Positions 38,652-48,311 of a DNA stretch of 64,000 bases are shown here, one piece after another. Numbering within the stretch: position 1 is the first letter of the stretch; each line of letters starts with the position of its first letter. Location: contig CANMSH010000004.1 of assembly GCA_947500525.1 (NCBI GenBank), forward strand, positions 188,783 to 252,782. Reading direction: 5' to 3'. The translations under genes and the position numbers were made by a program. Source of the stretch: an uncultured Flavobacteriaceae bacterium. GTDB taxonomy: Bacteria; Bacteroidota; Bacteroidia; Flavobacteriales; Flavobacteriaceae. The notes beneath the pieces were generated by a model that was given only the letters and a program-made list of their open reading frames with translations, ran no database searches and was not told where the DNA came from.

Positions 38652-39896
38652 ATGTTTGATATAGATCGTTGGCAAGAGATATTCGACACCATCCGTAAAA
38701 ACAAGTTGCGAACTTTCCTTACAGGACTTTCAGTAGCGTCTGGTATTTTTATACTCGTTATATTACTTGGATTTGGTCAAGGTTTTCAAAACGGAATTCG
38801 CAAAGAATTTGAAGCCGATGCTACCAATCGTGTCTGGGTTTGGACACAGACAACAACGAAAGAGCATAACGGACTTAATCCAGGTAGACGCATACAATTA
38901 GATAATTCTAATTTTGATTACGCTAACGAAGCGTTTACAGATGCTATTGAGTTTAAATCTAGTGTATTTCGAGTACGAGGAGTGACGATTAACTATAAGA
39001 AAGAATCCGGATCATATGGTATTCAAGGTGTAACTCCTGATTATCAGAAAATAGAAAACATGAAAATGATCTCTGGCCGTTTCATCAATGAAATGGACAT
39101 GAATGATTTAAATAAAGTTGTTGTTATTTCCAGAAAAATCAAGAGAGAATTGATGAAGAAAGTCGAAGACCCTCTTACCGAATATATTCAACTTTCAGGG
39201 ATAAATTACAAAATTGTAGGTGTCTATGCAGACGAAGGAGGAGAACGTGAAGAGAATAGAATGTATCTTCCTATTACAACCGCACAAGGTGTTTTTAATG
39301 GTCAAAATAAAGTGGCGAATATGTCATTTACAATAAATAGAGAAGAAACCTTTGATGAATCTGTTTTTGCATCAATGCAATTCACCAAAAAATTAAAAAA
39401 ATATTTACAAAAGGTACATCAAGTAGCTCCTGATGATAGTGCAATTGGTGTTTTTAGCGCCCAACAAGAAGCCAAAAGATATTACACCTTAACTAGTAAT
39501 ATTGCTGCCTTCTTCTGGTTTGTTGGTATTTGTACCATTATTGCAGGAATCGTCGGAGTAAGTAATATAATGCTCATTATTGTAAAAGATAGAACAAGAG
39601 AAATAGGAATACGAAAGGCCTTAGGAGCCAAGCCTTGGTCGATTATCGGGATGATATTACACGAAGCTGTTTTCGTAACAGCAGTTTCTGGTTTTGCCGG
39701 ATTAATTTTTAGTATGGGCTTATTAGAAATAGTAGGTCCCAATGTTGAGGTTGATTATATTTCAAATCCAACTGTGAACTTTTCAATAGCTATGACCATG
39801 GTTATTTTACTCATTATTGCGGGTGCACTAGCAGGTTTTTTTCCTGCATGGAGAGCTGCAAAAATTCAACCTATAGAAGCCCTAAGAGATGAATAA
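38652..39896 (+). CDS. ABC transporter permease, MacB/FtsX type
   Basis: 414 aa. N-terminal TM, large periplasmic domain, C-terminal FtsX region with RTREIGIRKALGAKPWSII. Confidence 0.85.
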   Translation: MFDIDRWQEIFDTIRKNKLRTFLTGLSVASGIFILVILLGFGQGFQNGIRKEFEADATNRVWVWTQTTTKEHNGLNPGRRIQLDNSNFDYANEAFTDAIEFKSSVFRVRGVTINYKKESGSYGIQGVTPDYQKIENMKMISGRFINEMDMNDLNKVVVISRKIKRELMKKVEDPLTEYIQLSGINYKIVGVYADEGGEREENRMYLPITTAQGVFNGQNKVANMSFTINREETFDESVFASMQFTKKLKKYLQKVHQVAPDDSAIGVFSAQQEAKRYYTLTSNIAAFFWFVGICTIIAGIVGVSNIMLIIVKDRTREIGIRKALGAKPWSIIGMILHEAVFVTAVSGFAGLIFSMGLLEIVGPNVEVDYISNPTVNFSIAMTMVILLIIAGALAGFFPAWRAAKIQPIEALRDE

Positions 39897-41157
39897 GTTA
39901 TTTAGTAGAGATCGCTGGAAAGAAATTATTGAAGTGCTGTCGGGCAATTGGTTTAGAACAGTACTAACTGCCTTTGGAGTGTTTTGGGGTATTTTTATTT
40001 TAATCATTTTATTGGCTGCTGGTAAAGGTTTTGAGAATGGTGTGAATATGGAGTTTGGTGATATTGCTACAAACACAATGTTCATGTGGACGAGAACTGC
40101 GACAAAAGCCTATCAAGGAATGCCGAAAAATAGACGCTTTAGTTATAACCTTAGCGATGTAGAAGATATTCGTGAAAATGTATCCGATCTAAGATATGTT
40201 TCTCCAAGAAATCAATTAGGCGGTTTTAACGGAGCAAATAATGTTGTAAGAGGTATAAAAACAGGTGGTTTCGATATTTATGGAGATTATCCAGAAATTA
40301 TCAAGCAAGAACCTATGGATATTACTTCGGGACGATTTATCAATTACAACGATATCAATCAAAATCGTAAAGTAGCTATTATCGGAGAAGGCGTGCGCAA
40401 TAGTCTCTATGAAAATGATGAAAAATTTCTCGGTACCTATATTAAAATACAAGGCGTAAACTTTATGGTGATTGGTACGTATAAGAAAAAGAACAATGAT
40501 GGAGATGGTGAAGAAGGACAAAAACAAATATATGTACCGTTTACTGCATTCTCACAAGCATTTAATAGAGGTGATCGTGTAGGATGGATGGCAATTACAG
40601 CAATTGATGGTACACCCATAACAACGATTAAAGAAAAGATATTTAGTATCGTTCGTAAGAATCATAAGATTCATCCAGACGACGAGAGAGCAGTGGGTCA
40701 TTTTGATTTATTTGAAGAATATAGCAGAGTGCAGCGTTTATTTGGAGCGATACGAGTCATAGCATATTTTGTAGGGATTTTGGTCTTATTATCTGGTATA
40801 ATTGGAGTGAGTAATATAATGCTTATCGTGGTGAAAGAGAGAACGAGAGAAATCGGAATACGCCGAGCATTGGGAGCATCTCCTTGGAATATTAGAGGCC
40901 AAATTCTTACCGAATCGGTATTTCTAACTATTATTTCAGGAATGGCAGGTATTGTTTTTTCCTCTTTTCTGATTTACCTCATAAATCTTGCAATGGATAG
41001 TAGCGGGCCTGTAGATATGTTTGCAAATCCTAGCGTTAACTTGGGAGTTGTGACATCGGCTCTTACAATACTGGTTATATCCGGATTATTTGCGGGATTT
41101 ATTCCGGCTCAAAACGCAATTAAAATAAAACCTATAGAAGCTTTAAGAACAGATTAA
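39889..41157 (+). CDS. ABC transporter permease, MacB/FtsX type (paralogue)
   Basis: 422 aa. Same architecture, RTREIGIRRALGASPWNIR. 8-nt overlap with the previous gene. Confidence 0.85.
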   Translation: MNKLFSRDRWKEIIEVLSGNWFRTVLTAFGVFWGIFILIILLAAGKGFENGVNMEFGDIATNTMFMWTRTATKAYQGMPKNRRFSYNLSDVEDIRENVSDLRYVSPRNQLGGFNGANNVVRGIKTGGFDIYGDYPEIIKQEPMDITSGRFINYNDINQNRKVAIIGEGVRNSLYENDEKFLGTYIKIQGVNFMVIGTYKKKNNDGDGEEGQKQIYVPFTAFSQAFNRGDRVGWMAITAIDGTPITTIKEKIFSIVRKNHKIHPDDERAVGHFDLFEEYSRVQRLFGAIRVIAYFVGILVLLSGIIGVSNIMLIVVKERTREIGIRRALGASPWNIRGQILTESVFLTIISGMAGIVFSSFLIYLINLAMDSSGPVDMFANPSVNLGVVTSALTILVISGLFAGFIPAQNAIKIKPIEALRTD

Positions 41158-41180
41158 TCAATCAATAAAGAATAGAACAA

Positions 41181-42302
41181 ATGAAAAAATCAGTTACCAT
41201 ATTTATATTAATTTTTATCGTTGTCAGTTTTGGTGGCGCTATGTATTATTTATATTCGAAAAATGCAGAAGATCCTGTTGTTTATGAAACAGAGAAGGCT
41301 TCTACAAAATCTATTGTGAAGAAAACGGTTGCAACTGGAAGTATTTTACCTCTAGAAGAAGTTTTTATAAAGCCTAATATTTCTGGTGTGATACAAGAGG
41401 TGTTTGTAAAAGGAGGAGATATTGTTAAGAAAGGCGATCTAATTGCAAAAATTAAGGTAATACCAAACTTGTCTTCTTTGAACAATGCAAGAAATGAAAT
41501 TCAACGTAATAAAATAGGGTTAGATGATCAAAAACGTAATTACGATCGTCAAAAATCATTGTTCGACAAGGGTGTAATTTCTAGACAAGATGTTGAGCGG
41601 GCGGAGGTTGCGTATCAACAAGCGCAACAATCGTTCAATGCTGCCAATAGAAATTATGATATTGTTAGAACAGGATCTACCCGAGGTTTAGGAAGTTCGG
41701 CAAATACGCTTATTAGATCTACAGTTTCAGGAATGGTACTAGAGGTTCCTGTAGAGGTTGGTAATCAGGTGATTGAAAGCAACAATTTCAATGAAGGTAC
41801 AACTATTGCTTCTCTAGCAGATGTGAATAAACTAATTTTCGAAGGTAAAATCGATGAGTCGGATGTGGGCAAAGTGAAGGAAGGCTTACCATTAGAGATT
41901 ACTGTTGGTGCTGTTGAAAACACTGTTTTTGACGCTGTACTAGATTATATTGCACCAAAAGGAAAATTAGAGAATGGAGCTATACAATTTGAAATAAAAG
42001 GAACATTAAAAAAGCAAGATACAACTTTTGTACGTGTTGGTTTGAGCGCGAATGCGTCTATCATTTTGGCTAAGGCCGATAGTGTATTGGCCATAAAAGA
42101 AGCTTTGGTTCAATTTGATAAAGAAACGAAAGCGCCCTATGTAGAAGTGAAAAGTGGTGATGAGTTTAAAAGAAAAAACATTACTTTAGGAGTAAGTGAT
42201 GGTATACACGTTGAAATTAAAGAAGGTATTTCTAAAGAAGACGCCATTAAGGTTTGGAACGAAATTGAAGATGACGAAGAGGAAGGAAATGGTAATAACT
42301 AA
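41181..42302 (+). CDS. periplasmic adaptor (HlyD/MacA membrane-fusion family)
   Basis: 373 aa. N-terminal anchor, lipoyl-like hairpin (ISGVIQEVFVKGGDIVKKGDLIAKI), coiled-coil segment, beta-barrel domain. Asp/Glu-rich tail. Confidence 0.8.
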   Translation: MKKSVTIFILIFIVVSFGGAMYYLYSKNAEDPVVYETEKASTKSIVKKTVATGSILPLEEVFIKPNISGVIQEVFVKGGDIVKKGDLIAKIKVIPNLSSLNNARNEIQRNKIGLDDQKRNYDRQKSLFDKGVISRQDVERAEVAYQQAQQSFNAANRNYDIVRTGSTRGLGSSANTLIRSTVSGMVLEVPVEVGNQVIESNNFNEGTTIASLADVNKLIFEGKIDESDVGKVKEGLPLEITVGAVENTVFDAVLDYIAPKGKLENGAIQFEIKGTLKKQDTTFVRVGLSANASIILAKADSVLAIKEALVQFDKETKAPYVEVKSGDEFKRKNITLGVSDGIHVEIKEGISKEDAIKVWNEIEDDEEEGNGNN

Positions 42303-42307
42303 ATAAA

Positions 42308-43687
42308 TTACTTGATGAGTTCGGTATTTGGATAAGCAGCTTTCCAACCGAACCAAAAGGCATTAAACGTATGAATACGGGGTAGTTCTTTACCCCGTTT
42401 GTTTATTAGTTTGTTTTCAGATAGTGTCCAAATTGCCCCCGTATTATCGATGAGTTTACGCTGTTGATCATAAGATTTAAATTTGATATTACCAGATTCA
42501 TAGACTCTATTTGCGCCTGTTTTATCAGTTAATACAACTAAATTATCAGTTCCTATCATTAGTGTATATAGAGGGTTCTTTTTTAAAAATTGTACAGAAA
42601 TAGCAAGTGGTTGTTTTGGATATTTTGGCAATTTAATGGCCAAAATTGATTGTTTGTTTTTGAGTTTTTTATGAAGTTTTGGGACATTAAACATTAGATC
42701 ATCATTAGAAAAATACGCCTTGTAGGCAACGCCTTCTCCATAATCTCTTTTATGGCCCGTTTGCAATGATAGAACCTTTGTATTAGGATGTCTCAGTTTC
42801 CATTCTCCCCATGTTGTCGTTACAACACTCATGTACTCAAGTTGAATACCTTTTCCTACAAGAGGCCCCACAACTGGTGTTCCCCATAAGGTATTCCATA
42901 ATGACTGTGTTTTTTGATCATACATTAATTTGTTAGATCTGTATAGAAAACCACTAGTACCCAATTTATAGGTGGCTTGTTTATGTTGATTATTGTATAA
43001 AATTACCGTACCACATAAAGTACAGTAAACACCAGTCACCGAAATACCACCAACAGTATCGGTAAACATTTCATGCCAGGCCAAGATTCTTTTCGGGTAT
43101 GCACGAACGTCGCCATTTACTTCAATCCCGAAAATGACATCATTATCGTTTAGATATGAAGCCTTATGAGCCGTAATCATCTTAGGGTCTCGTAATGGAG
43201 GAATACCATCTTGCAATACTCCACCCCATCTAATTTCATCGAATCTAATGGTGGTTTTATCTTGTCTGTTTAAAAAATACGTTTCGAATCTACTATCAAT
43301 TTTCTTGTGAATTGCTGCCTTAAATACATGATAGTTGGGTGATAATTTTTGATCTTTATTCCAAATATATTCGTACCATTTATTAAAATCTAGTCCAAAT
43401 TTTTTACCCGTACGTACCTGCAACAACGCTAATAATCTAATATACAGTTTATGGTTATTAAGATTAAAGTACAACAGTTCTAAAACCATAATTTCATGTT
43501 CCGATTTCCAATTACTGTTAATATAATTTATTGAATCTTCTATGGCCTTTTCATTCTCTGGATTTAAGAGATTAATAAAATATTGGATTTCAGTTTTCTT
43601 TACTGAATCTTGCGTTAGATGCGCATGAGAACTTGTGGTAAGTACCAGTGAAACTATTAATAAATAAAATTTTAAATATTGTACCAT
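42308..43687 (-). CDS. DUF3179-like secreted protein
   Basis: 459 aa. Signal peptide. DGIPPLRDP, AYPKRILAWHEM and YCTLCGT match my memory of DUF3179. It has an extra ~150-aa N-terminal region. Confidence 0.55.
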   Translation of the reverse strand: MVQYLKFYLLIVSLVLTTSSHAHLTQDSVKKTEIQYFINLLNPENEKAIEDSINYINSNWKSEHEIMVLELLYFNLNNHKLYIRLLALLQVRTGKKFGLDFNKWYEYIWNKDQKLSPNYHVFKAAIHKKIDSRFETYFLNRQDKTTIRFDEIRWGGVLQDGIPPLRDPKMITAHKASYLNDNDVIFGIEVNGDVRAYPKRILAWHEMFTDTVGGISVTGVYCTLCGTVILYNNQHKQATYKLGTSGFLYRSNKLMYDQKTQSLWNTLWGTPVVGPLVGKGIQLEYMSVVTTTWGEWKLRHPNTKVLSLQTGHKRDYGEGVAYKAYFSNDDLMFNVPKLHKKLKNKQSILAIKLPKYPKQPLAISVQFLKKNPLYTLMIGTDNLVVLTDKTGANRVYESGNIKFKSYDQQRKLIDNTGAIWTLSENKLINKRGKELPRIHTFNAFWFGWKAAYPNTELIK

Positions 43688-43689
43688 TA

Positions 43690-44076
43690 TTACTTAAAAT
43701 TAATAGTACAAACTTCTGATTGCCCGAACCATTTTACACGATTCCTAGACGCTAAATTATAGATGCTATCTCTTATTATTCTTGGTACAAACGCTAACAA
43801 AGCTGCGACAAGTCTCCATTTAGGAATTTTAGAAATAATTTTTAGGAAACCATCAGAATGTGTATGCCAACCTTTTTCATCAATTAAAATAACTGTTTCT
43901 AATTGTTCTGTAGGATACCCTTTACTCTTTAGTAAATTTTGTCCTTTTGGAGATTGAAAAGGTATAAAATGAAAAATATTTTCAGGGGCAAATTTCATTA
44001 ACCAGCCTACAACACCATTACATAAATTGCATTCTCCATCAAATATAATATTGCCTTGTCTTAGTAAATTTTCCAT
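43690..44076 (-). CDS. DCC-family thiol-disulfide oxidoreductase (DUF393)
   Basis: 128 aa. N-terminal IIFDGECNLCNG, the DxxCxxC signature of the family. Confidence 0.65.
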   Translation of the reverse strand: MENLLRQGNIIFDGECNLCNGVVGWLMKFAPENIFHFIPFQSPKGQNLLKSKGYPTEQLETVILIDEKGWHTHSDGFLKIISKIPKWRLVAALLAFVPRIIRDSIYNLASRNRVKWFGQSEVCTINFK

Positions 44077-44101
44077 CTTAGTCTTTTTAATTAGTATAGA
44101 A

Positions 44102-44770
44102 TTATAGTCGCAACGTACCGTTAATCATTTCAATGGCACGATGTGAATTGTTATAAAAATTAGGGTTATGCGTTGCCATTAATACGGTATTATTTCTCTT
44201 TTCTGCAATCTCTTTAAGCGTTTTAAAAATTATAGCTGAATTTTTTTCATCTAGATTTCCGGTTGGTTCGTCAGCAATGATAATTTGGGGATCATTTATT
44301 AAAGCCCGAGCAATGGCTACCCGTTGTTGCTGACCTCCTGATAGTTTATGTGATGGATAGTTTACGAATTCGGCAATCCCTAATTCTTCCAATAGATCTA
44401 CAGCATCTTTCTTTAGGTCATTCATTTTTTTGGCGCCTAGTTTTTGTGCCGGAAGAATAATGTTTTGCAACACACTAAATTCAGGTAAGAGATAATGAAA
44501 TTGATACACAAACCCTATATGTTTGTTCCTAAACTGAGTTAACTCTTTTTGAGAGAGGTTTTTGGTTTCTTGACCGAGTATTTTTAAGTTTCCACTGAAT
44601 GAAGTATCAAGGGTAGATAAAATATATAATAACGATGATTTCCCGCTACCAGATTCACCATATAACGAAACTAGCTCACCTTGATTTATTTTTAAAGAAA
44701 CATTCTTTAACACATGATGCGATTGAGGTTGCAAGAAATGCTTATCAATATTGTTAGCTTCTAATATCAT
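44102..44770 (-). CDS. ABC transporter ATP-binding protein (LolD/MacB-NBD type)
   Basis: 222 aa. Walker A GESGSGKSS, Q-loop, signature LSGGQQQRVAIARAL, Walker B IIIADEPTGNLD. Confidence 0.93.
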   Translation of the reverse strand: MILEANNIDKHFLQPQSHHVLKNVSLKINQGELVSLYGESGSGKSSLLYILSTLDTSFSGNLKILGQETKNLSQKELTQFRNKHIGFVYQFHYLLPEFSVLQNIILPAQKLGAKKMNDLKKDAVDLLEELGIAEFVNYPSHKLSGGQQQRVAIARALINDPQIIIADEPTGNLDEKNSAIIFKTLKEIAEKRNNTVLMATHNPNFYNNSHRAIEMINGTLRL

Positions 44771-45981
44771 ACGCCTCTTATAATGGTTACTGGATCTACT
44801 TTACTTGCTTTTCTAGAAGGGAAATACCCAGACAAAATCGTAGTTAGTACGCCGAATAAAAATCCAATAGCAAAATGGTTTTTACTAAAATTTATTGGGT
44901 AGGTATCTACAATTATAAAGTCAGAGGTATCTAATGGTGTTATTGATATGAAGAAACTAATCAGGTAACCAACACCAAGTGCTAAAAAAGCTCCAATAAG
45001 GCCAATTATTATTGCCTGAATTAGAAAAATGAAGATAATGTCTTCACTCGTATACCCAATTGTTTTTAATACGGCAATATCTTTTCTTTTATGAATCACT
45101 GTACTATTTTGAATATTGTATATTCCGAATCCTGCCACTAATAACAAGGCAAATGAAACTGACCAAGTAAGAATATCTCTTACCTTATTGCCTACCACAA
45201 TAGTTTTATTATTTTGTTTCCAATCTTCTATTTCAATGCTCTTTAATTTTTTGAGAAGTAAGGTTTTTACATCTAAGTTATCCCGATCTTTAAGTTTTAC
45301 ATTTACGTGAGTAATTATCTCTGACCTACCTAGAAGATGTTGAAGCGTTTTTGCAGAAATATAGGTTCGAACGTTATCTATTGTGGTTATTCCGAAACTA
45401 AAAATTCCAGATACAGTCAAGGTTGTGTTTTTACCATTGGGTAGAATTATTTTAATAGTATCATTTACCGAAACTTGTAATTTTTTAGCTAGACTTACAC
45501 CCATTAAAATATTTTTCTCAGTTAAATTGTCAAAGCCTTTTCCTGCTATTAATCTTTTGTCTAAGTCTACCATATTTTTTTCCTCTATTGGAAATATTCC
45601 ATTGACACTTCCCGGTAATTGTTGCGAATTACTGACTAAAATGGCTGGGGAGATAGTTTGGTTGGCATACGCTGTTACATTCGTATGCTCTCTTAATTGA
45701 CGATTTATTTCTTCTAAACCTTCTAAGTTGGTCAACTGAAAACCGTATGATTGCTGTGCAGTATTTTGTTTAGAAGTTGGCTTTATAACAATATCAGGAT
45801 TCCCTTTAAAGACAGCATTGTCTAGAAAATCGTTTACCCCACTCATAAAATTGATCATTACAATAAACGTAGTGACTCCCAATAGTACACCAATAATTGC
45901 CAAAACACTCTGTTTTTTTCGAGCAACTAAATACTGTATTGCTATTGATAAATTTGTTTTATTTAACGATTGTTTTGACAT
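44767..45981 (-). CDS. ABC transporter permease, LolC/E-like (FtsX family)
   Basis: 404 aa. N-terminal TM, periplasmic domain, C-terminal FtsX domain (RKDIAVLKTIGYTSEDII). 4-nt overlap with the ATPase gene. Confidence 0.8.
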   Translation of the reverse strand: MSKQSLNKTNLSIAIQYLVARKKQSVLAIIGVLLGVTTFIVMINFMSGVNDFLDNAVFKGNPDIVIKPTSKQNTAQQSYGFQLTNLEGLEEINRQLREHTNVTAYANQTISPAILVSNSQQLPGSVNGIFPIEEKNMVDLDKRLIAGKGFDNLTEKNILMGVSLAKKLQVSVNDTIKIILPNGKNTTLTVSGIFSFGITTIDNVRTYISAKTLQHLLGRSEIITHVNVKLKDRDNLDVKTLLLKKLKSIEIEDWKQNNKTIVVGNKVRDILTWSVSFALLLVAGFGIYNIQNSTVIHKRKDIAVLKTIGYTSEDIIFIFLIQAIIIGLIGAFLALGVGYLISFFISITPLDTSDFIIVDTYPINFSKNHFAIGFLFGVLTTILSGYFPSRKASKVDPVTIIRGV

Positions 45982-46063
45982 AGTTCATAGGTCGAACTTT
46001 GTCTATTAAGATTACAAATTGAAAAGTTAGAATAGTGTTAACGGTATTTTATGACACTGAATA

Positions 46064-46396
46064 TCAGATGTTTGATTGTCTGTTTTTAAAATTTTCAACT
46101 GCACGAATGGCGAAAAAAATAAAGATTCCGCAAAAGAATGCAAAAGGAATGAGCGTATATGGAGCAATTTGCCCACCAGTGCCATTTTGCATTTTTTCAA
46201 TAACTTGTTTTTGTTCTTTGGTAACTTCATCGTCACTATAAATACCATCTTTGTTGGTGTCTAAAGCGATGACTTCTTTTTCATAAGCCAATTGTTGTTC
46301 GTTTGTAGCATAGGTCAACGAAAAATAAATAACAACAGCCAAAACAACGGCAATAATTTTCTTAAACTTAAATATTTTAGCACTTAAACTACTCAT
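46064..46396 (-). CDS. small two-TM protein with an EF-hand-like loop
   Basis: 110 aa. TM helices at both ends. DTNKDGIYSDDE between them fits DxNxDGxxxxxE. Confidence 0.5.
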   Translation of the reverse strand: MSSLSAKIFKFKKIIAVVLAVVIYFSLTYATNEQQLAYEKEVIALDTNKDGIYSDDEVTKEQKQVIEKMQNGTGGQIAPYTLIPFAFFCGIFIFFAIRAVENFKNRQSNI

Positions 46397-47127
46397 TATT
46401 CTATTTCTCTTTTTTCTATGGCTTCTATAATAACAATTGCTTTTTCTTTGAATAATCTCAATTCAGGCAAAAATACGTCATACGTCAAAAAATAGGCGTT
46501 GGCAACTCTATTTTTATAGTCGGGATCGTTCAAAGCGTATTCTATAAAACCATCAAATTTTTCTCGCCTGAGATACGTTGCCCACCAGCTATAATTATTT
46601 TTCCAATGGTTATAATTGTCTTTGAAATCAGTGGCTCTAAAATCATCATCGACTTTAATTTCAAATAATCGTTCGGTATAAAAATCTACAATATGCGTCG
46701 CTAGTGTATCCTGAGCAATATCATTATTACTATTGTATCTACTTAATAGGTTGAATCCTCTTTTATCGAATGAAATTTCGGGATAACCCATGATAAGAAA
46801 TGGTAAGCGAATATTATCAGAATCAAGATATTCTTGCTTTGTGATTGCCCCACTGAGTATCTTGTCATACATGGGGGCTGTATTTTCATGAAATTCAAGA
46901 ATTTTGTCAATTTCTAAAATGTCATTTTCAAGATTTTTATGGATGGTGTTTAGAATATTATATAGTTGTTTTTTGTCTTTTTCTTTTTCATTCCAATTGT
47001 TGAGTGCAACGGCAATCAAAATACCTATTGCAACTAGACAAATTTCACCAATAGCATATCCTAAGTAGCTGAGTACACTTTTGTCATTACCCAACGACAT
47101 TTTCCTGATATTTCTAAAGATTTTCAA
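46396..47127 (-). CDS. DUF6090-like membrane-anchored protein
   Basis: 243 aa. N-terminus FRNIRK....YLGYAIGEICLVAIGILIAVALNNWNE matches the DUF6090 pattern as I recall it. Confidence 0.5.
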   Translation of the reverse strand: MKIFRNIRKMSLGNDKSVLSYLGYAIGEICLVAIGILIAVALNNWNEKEKDKKQLYNILNTIHKNLENDILEIDKILEFHENTAPMYDKILSGAITKQEYLDSDNIRLPFLIMGYPEISFDKRGFNLLSRYNSNNDIAQDTLATHIVDFYTERLFEIKVDDDFRATDFKDNYNHWKNNYSWWATYLRREKFDGFIEYALNDPDYKNRVANAYFLTYDVFLPELRLFKEKAIVIIEAIEKREIE

Positions 47128-47136
47128 AACAAATAA

Positions 47137-48309
47137 TTACGTCGCAGGCTTGTAACTCTTTTTATCGATCACCATTTTTGCGATAATTTCTCGTAAAATT
47201 TCGGAGGTCCCTCCACCTATGGGACCTAATCTACTATCTCGTAATAATCTTGCCATAGGATAGTCTTCCATATAGCCATATCCTCCAAGTAATTGGAGAC
47301 ATTCATACGCCACTTGATCCGCTACTTTTGTAGATACGAGTTTTGACATAGTAGCTTCTTTCACCACATATTCACCATCATTTAATCTCTTGGCGGTTGC
47401 ATAATTAAATACTTTACAAACTTCTACCTCACTAACCATGTCAGCAATCTTATGTCGCAATGCTTGAAATTTATCAATCGTTTGTCCAAAAGCGATTCGT
47501 TCACTCATGTATTGTAATACATATTCTATCGCATATTCTGATCTGGCATGCGCGTTAATACCCATAACCAAACGTTCTAAGGCAAAATGCTGCATGATGT
47601 ACGGAAACCCTTTACCTTCTTCTCCCATTAAATTTTCAGCAGGAATAACCACATTGTCGAAGGCAATTTCTCCGGTATCAGATGCACGCCATCCAAGTTT
47701 ATCTAACTTGGTAACCGAAACACCTGGTGATTTACTATCAATCACAAAAATACTCATGCCCTTATTGCCAAGTTCTGGTTGTGTTTTTGCAGCTACTACC
47801 ATATAATCTGAATAAACAGCATTGGTAATAAAAGTTTTTGAACCATTTAAAATATAAGAATCACCTTTTTTAATCGCGGTAGTTCTCATTCCTGCAACAT
47901 CAGAACCTCCAAAAGGTTCGCTTATGCACAGGCAACCAATTTTTTCACCTTCAACACTCGGGGTCAAATACTCTTTTTTAATACGATTATCACCTTCTTT
48001 ATTTAGATGTGTCATCGCTAAATAAGCATGTGCCCACATGGCAGCGGCAAAACCACCCGAGTTGATTTTCTGAAGTTCTTCGAGAAAAATTACGGTATAA
48101 AACAAATCAAGATCGAGACCGCCATACTCTTCTGGAGTGTTGAGGCCAAAATAACCCATTTCACCAACTTTTTTCCAGATAAAACGTTCTATAGTTCCTT
48201 CTTTTTCCCATTTTTCAATATGGGGAACAACTTCTTTTTGGAGAAATTCCTTGAAACTTTGTCGAAAAGATTGGTGTTCTTCAGTAAAATACATACTACT
48301 CATAAACAA
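47137..48309 (-). CDS. acyl-CoA dehydrogenase
   Basis: 390 aa. ISEPFGGSDVAG, the FITNA region, C-terminal QLLGGYGYMEDYPMARLLRDSRLGPIGGGTSEI. Confidence 0.9.
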   Translation of the reverse strand: MFMSSMYFTEEHQSFRQSFKEFLQKEVVPHIEKWEKEGTIERFIWKKVGEMGYFGLNTPEEYGGLDLDLFYTVIFLEELQKINSGGFAAAMWAHAYLAMTHLNKEGDNRIKKEYLTPSVEGEKIGCLCISEPFGGSDVAGMRTTAIKKGDSYILNGSKTFITNAVYSDYMVVAAKTQPELGNKGMSIFVIDSKSPGVSVTKLDKLGWRASDTGEIAFDNVVIPAENLMGEEGKGFPYIMQHFALERLVMGINAHARSEYAIEYVLQYMSERIAFGQTIDKFQALRHKIADMVSEVEVCKVFNYATAKRLNDGEYVVKEATMSKLVSTKVADQVAYECLQLLGGYGYMEDYPMARLLRDSRLGPIGGGTSEILREIIAKMVIDKKSYKPAT

Positions 48310-48311
48310 GT

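Noticed and set aside
38447-38659. 70-aa plus-strand ORF spanning the tetR / efflux intergenic region
   Set aside because: It overlaps the tetR start and the operator-like site, and it is AT-rich with an implausible composition (Phe/Asn/Ile/Lys/Cys). The region is better explained as divergent promoter DNA.
46027-46264. Cluster of four overlapping 62-73-aa ORFs on both strands
   Set aside because: They overlap the 3' part of the 110-aa EF-hand-loop gene and each other. Only the 110-aa frame has TM helices and coupling to the upstream gene.
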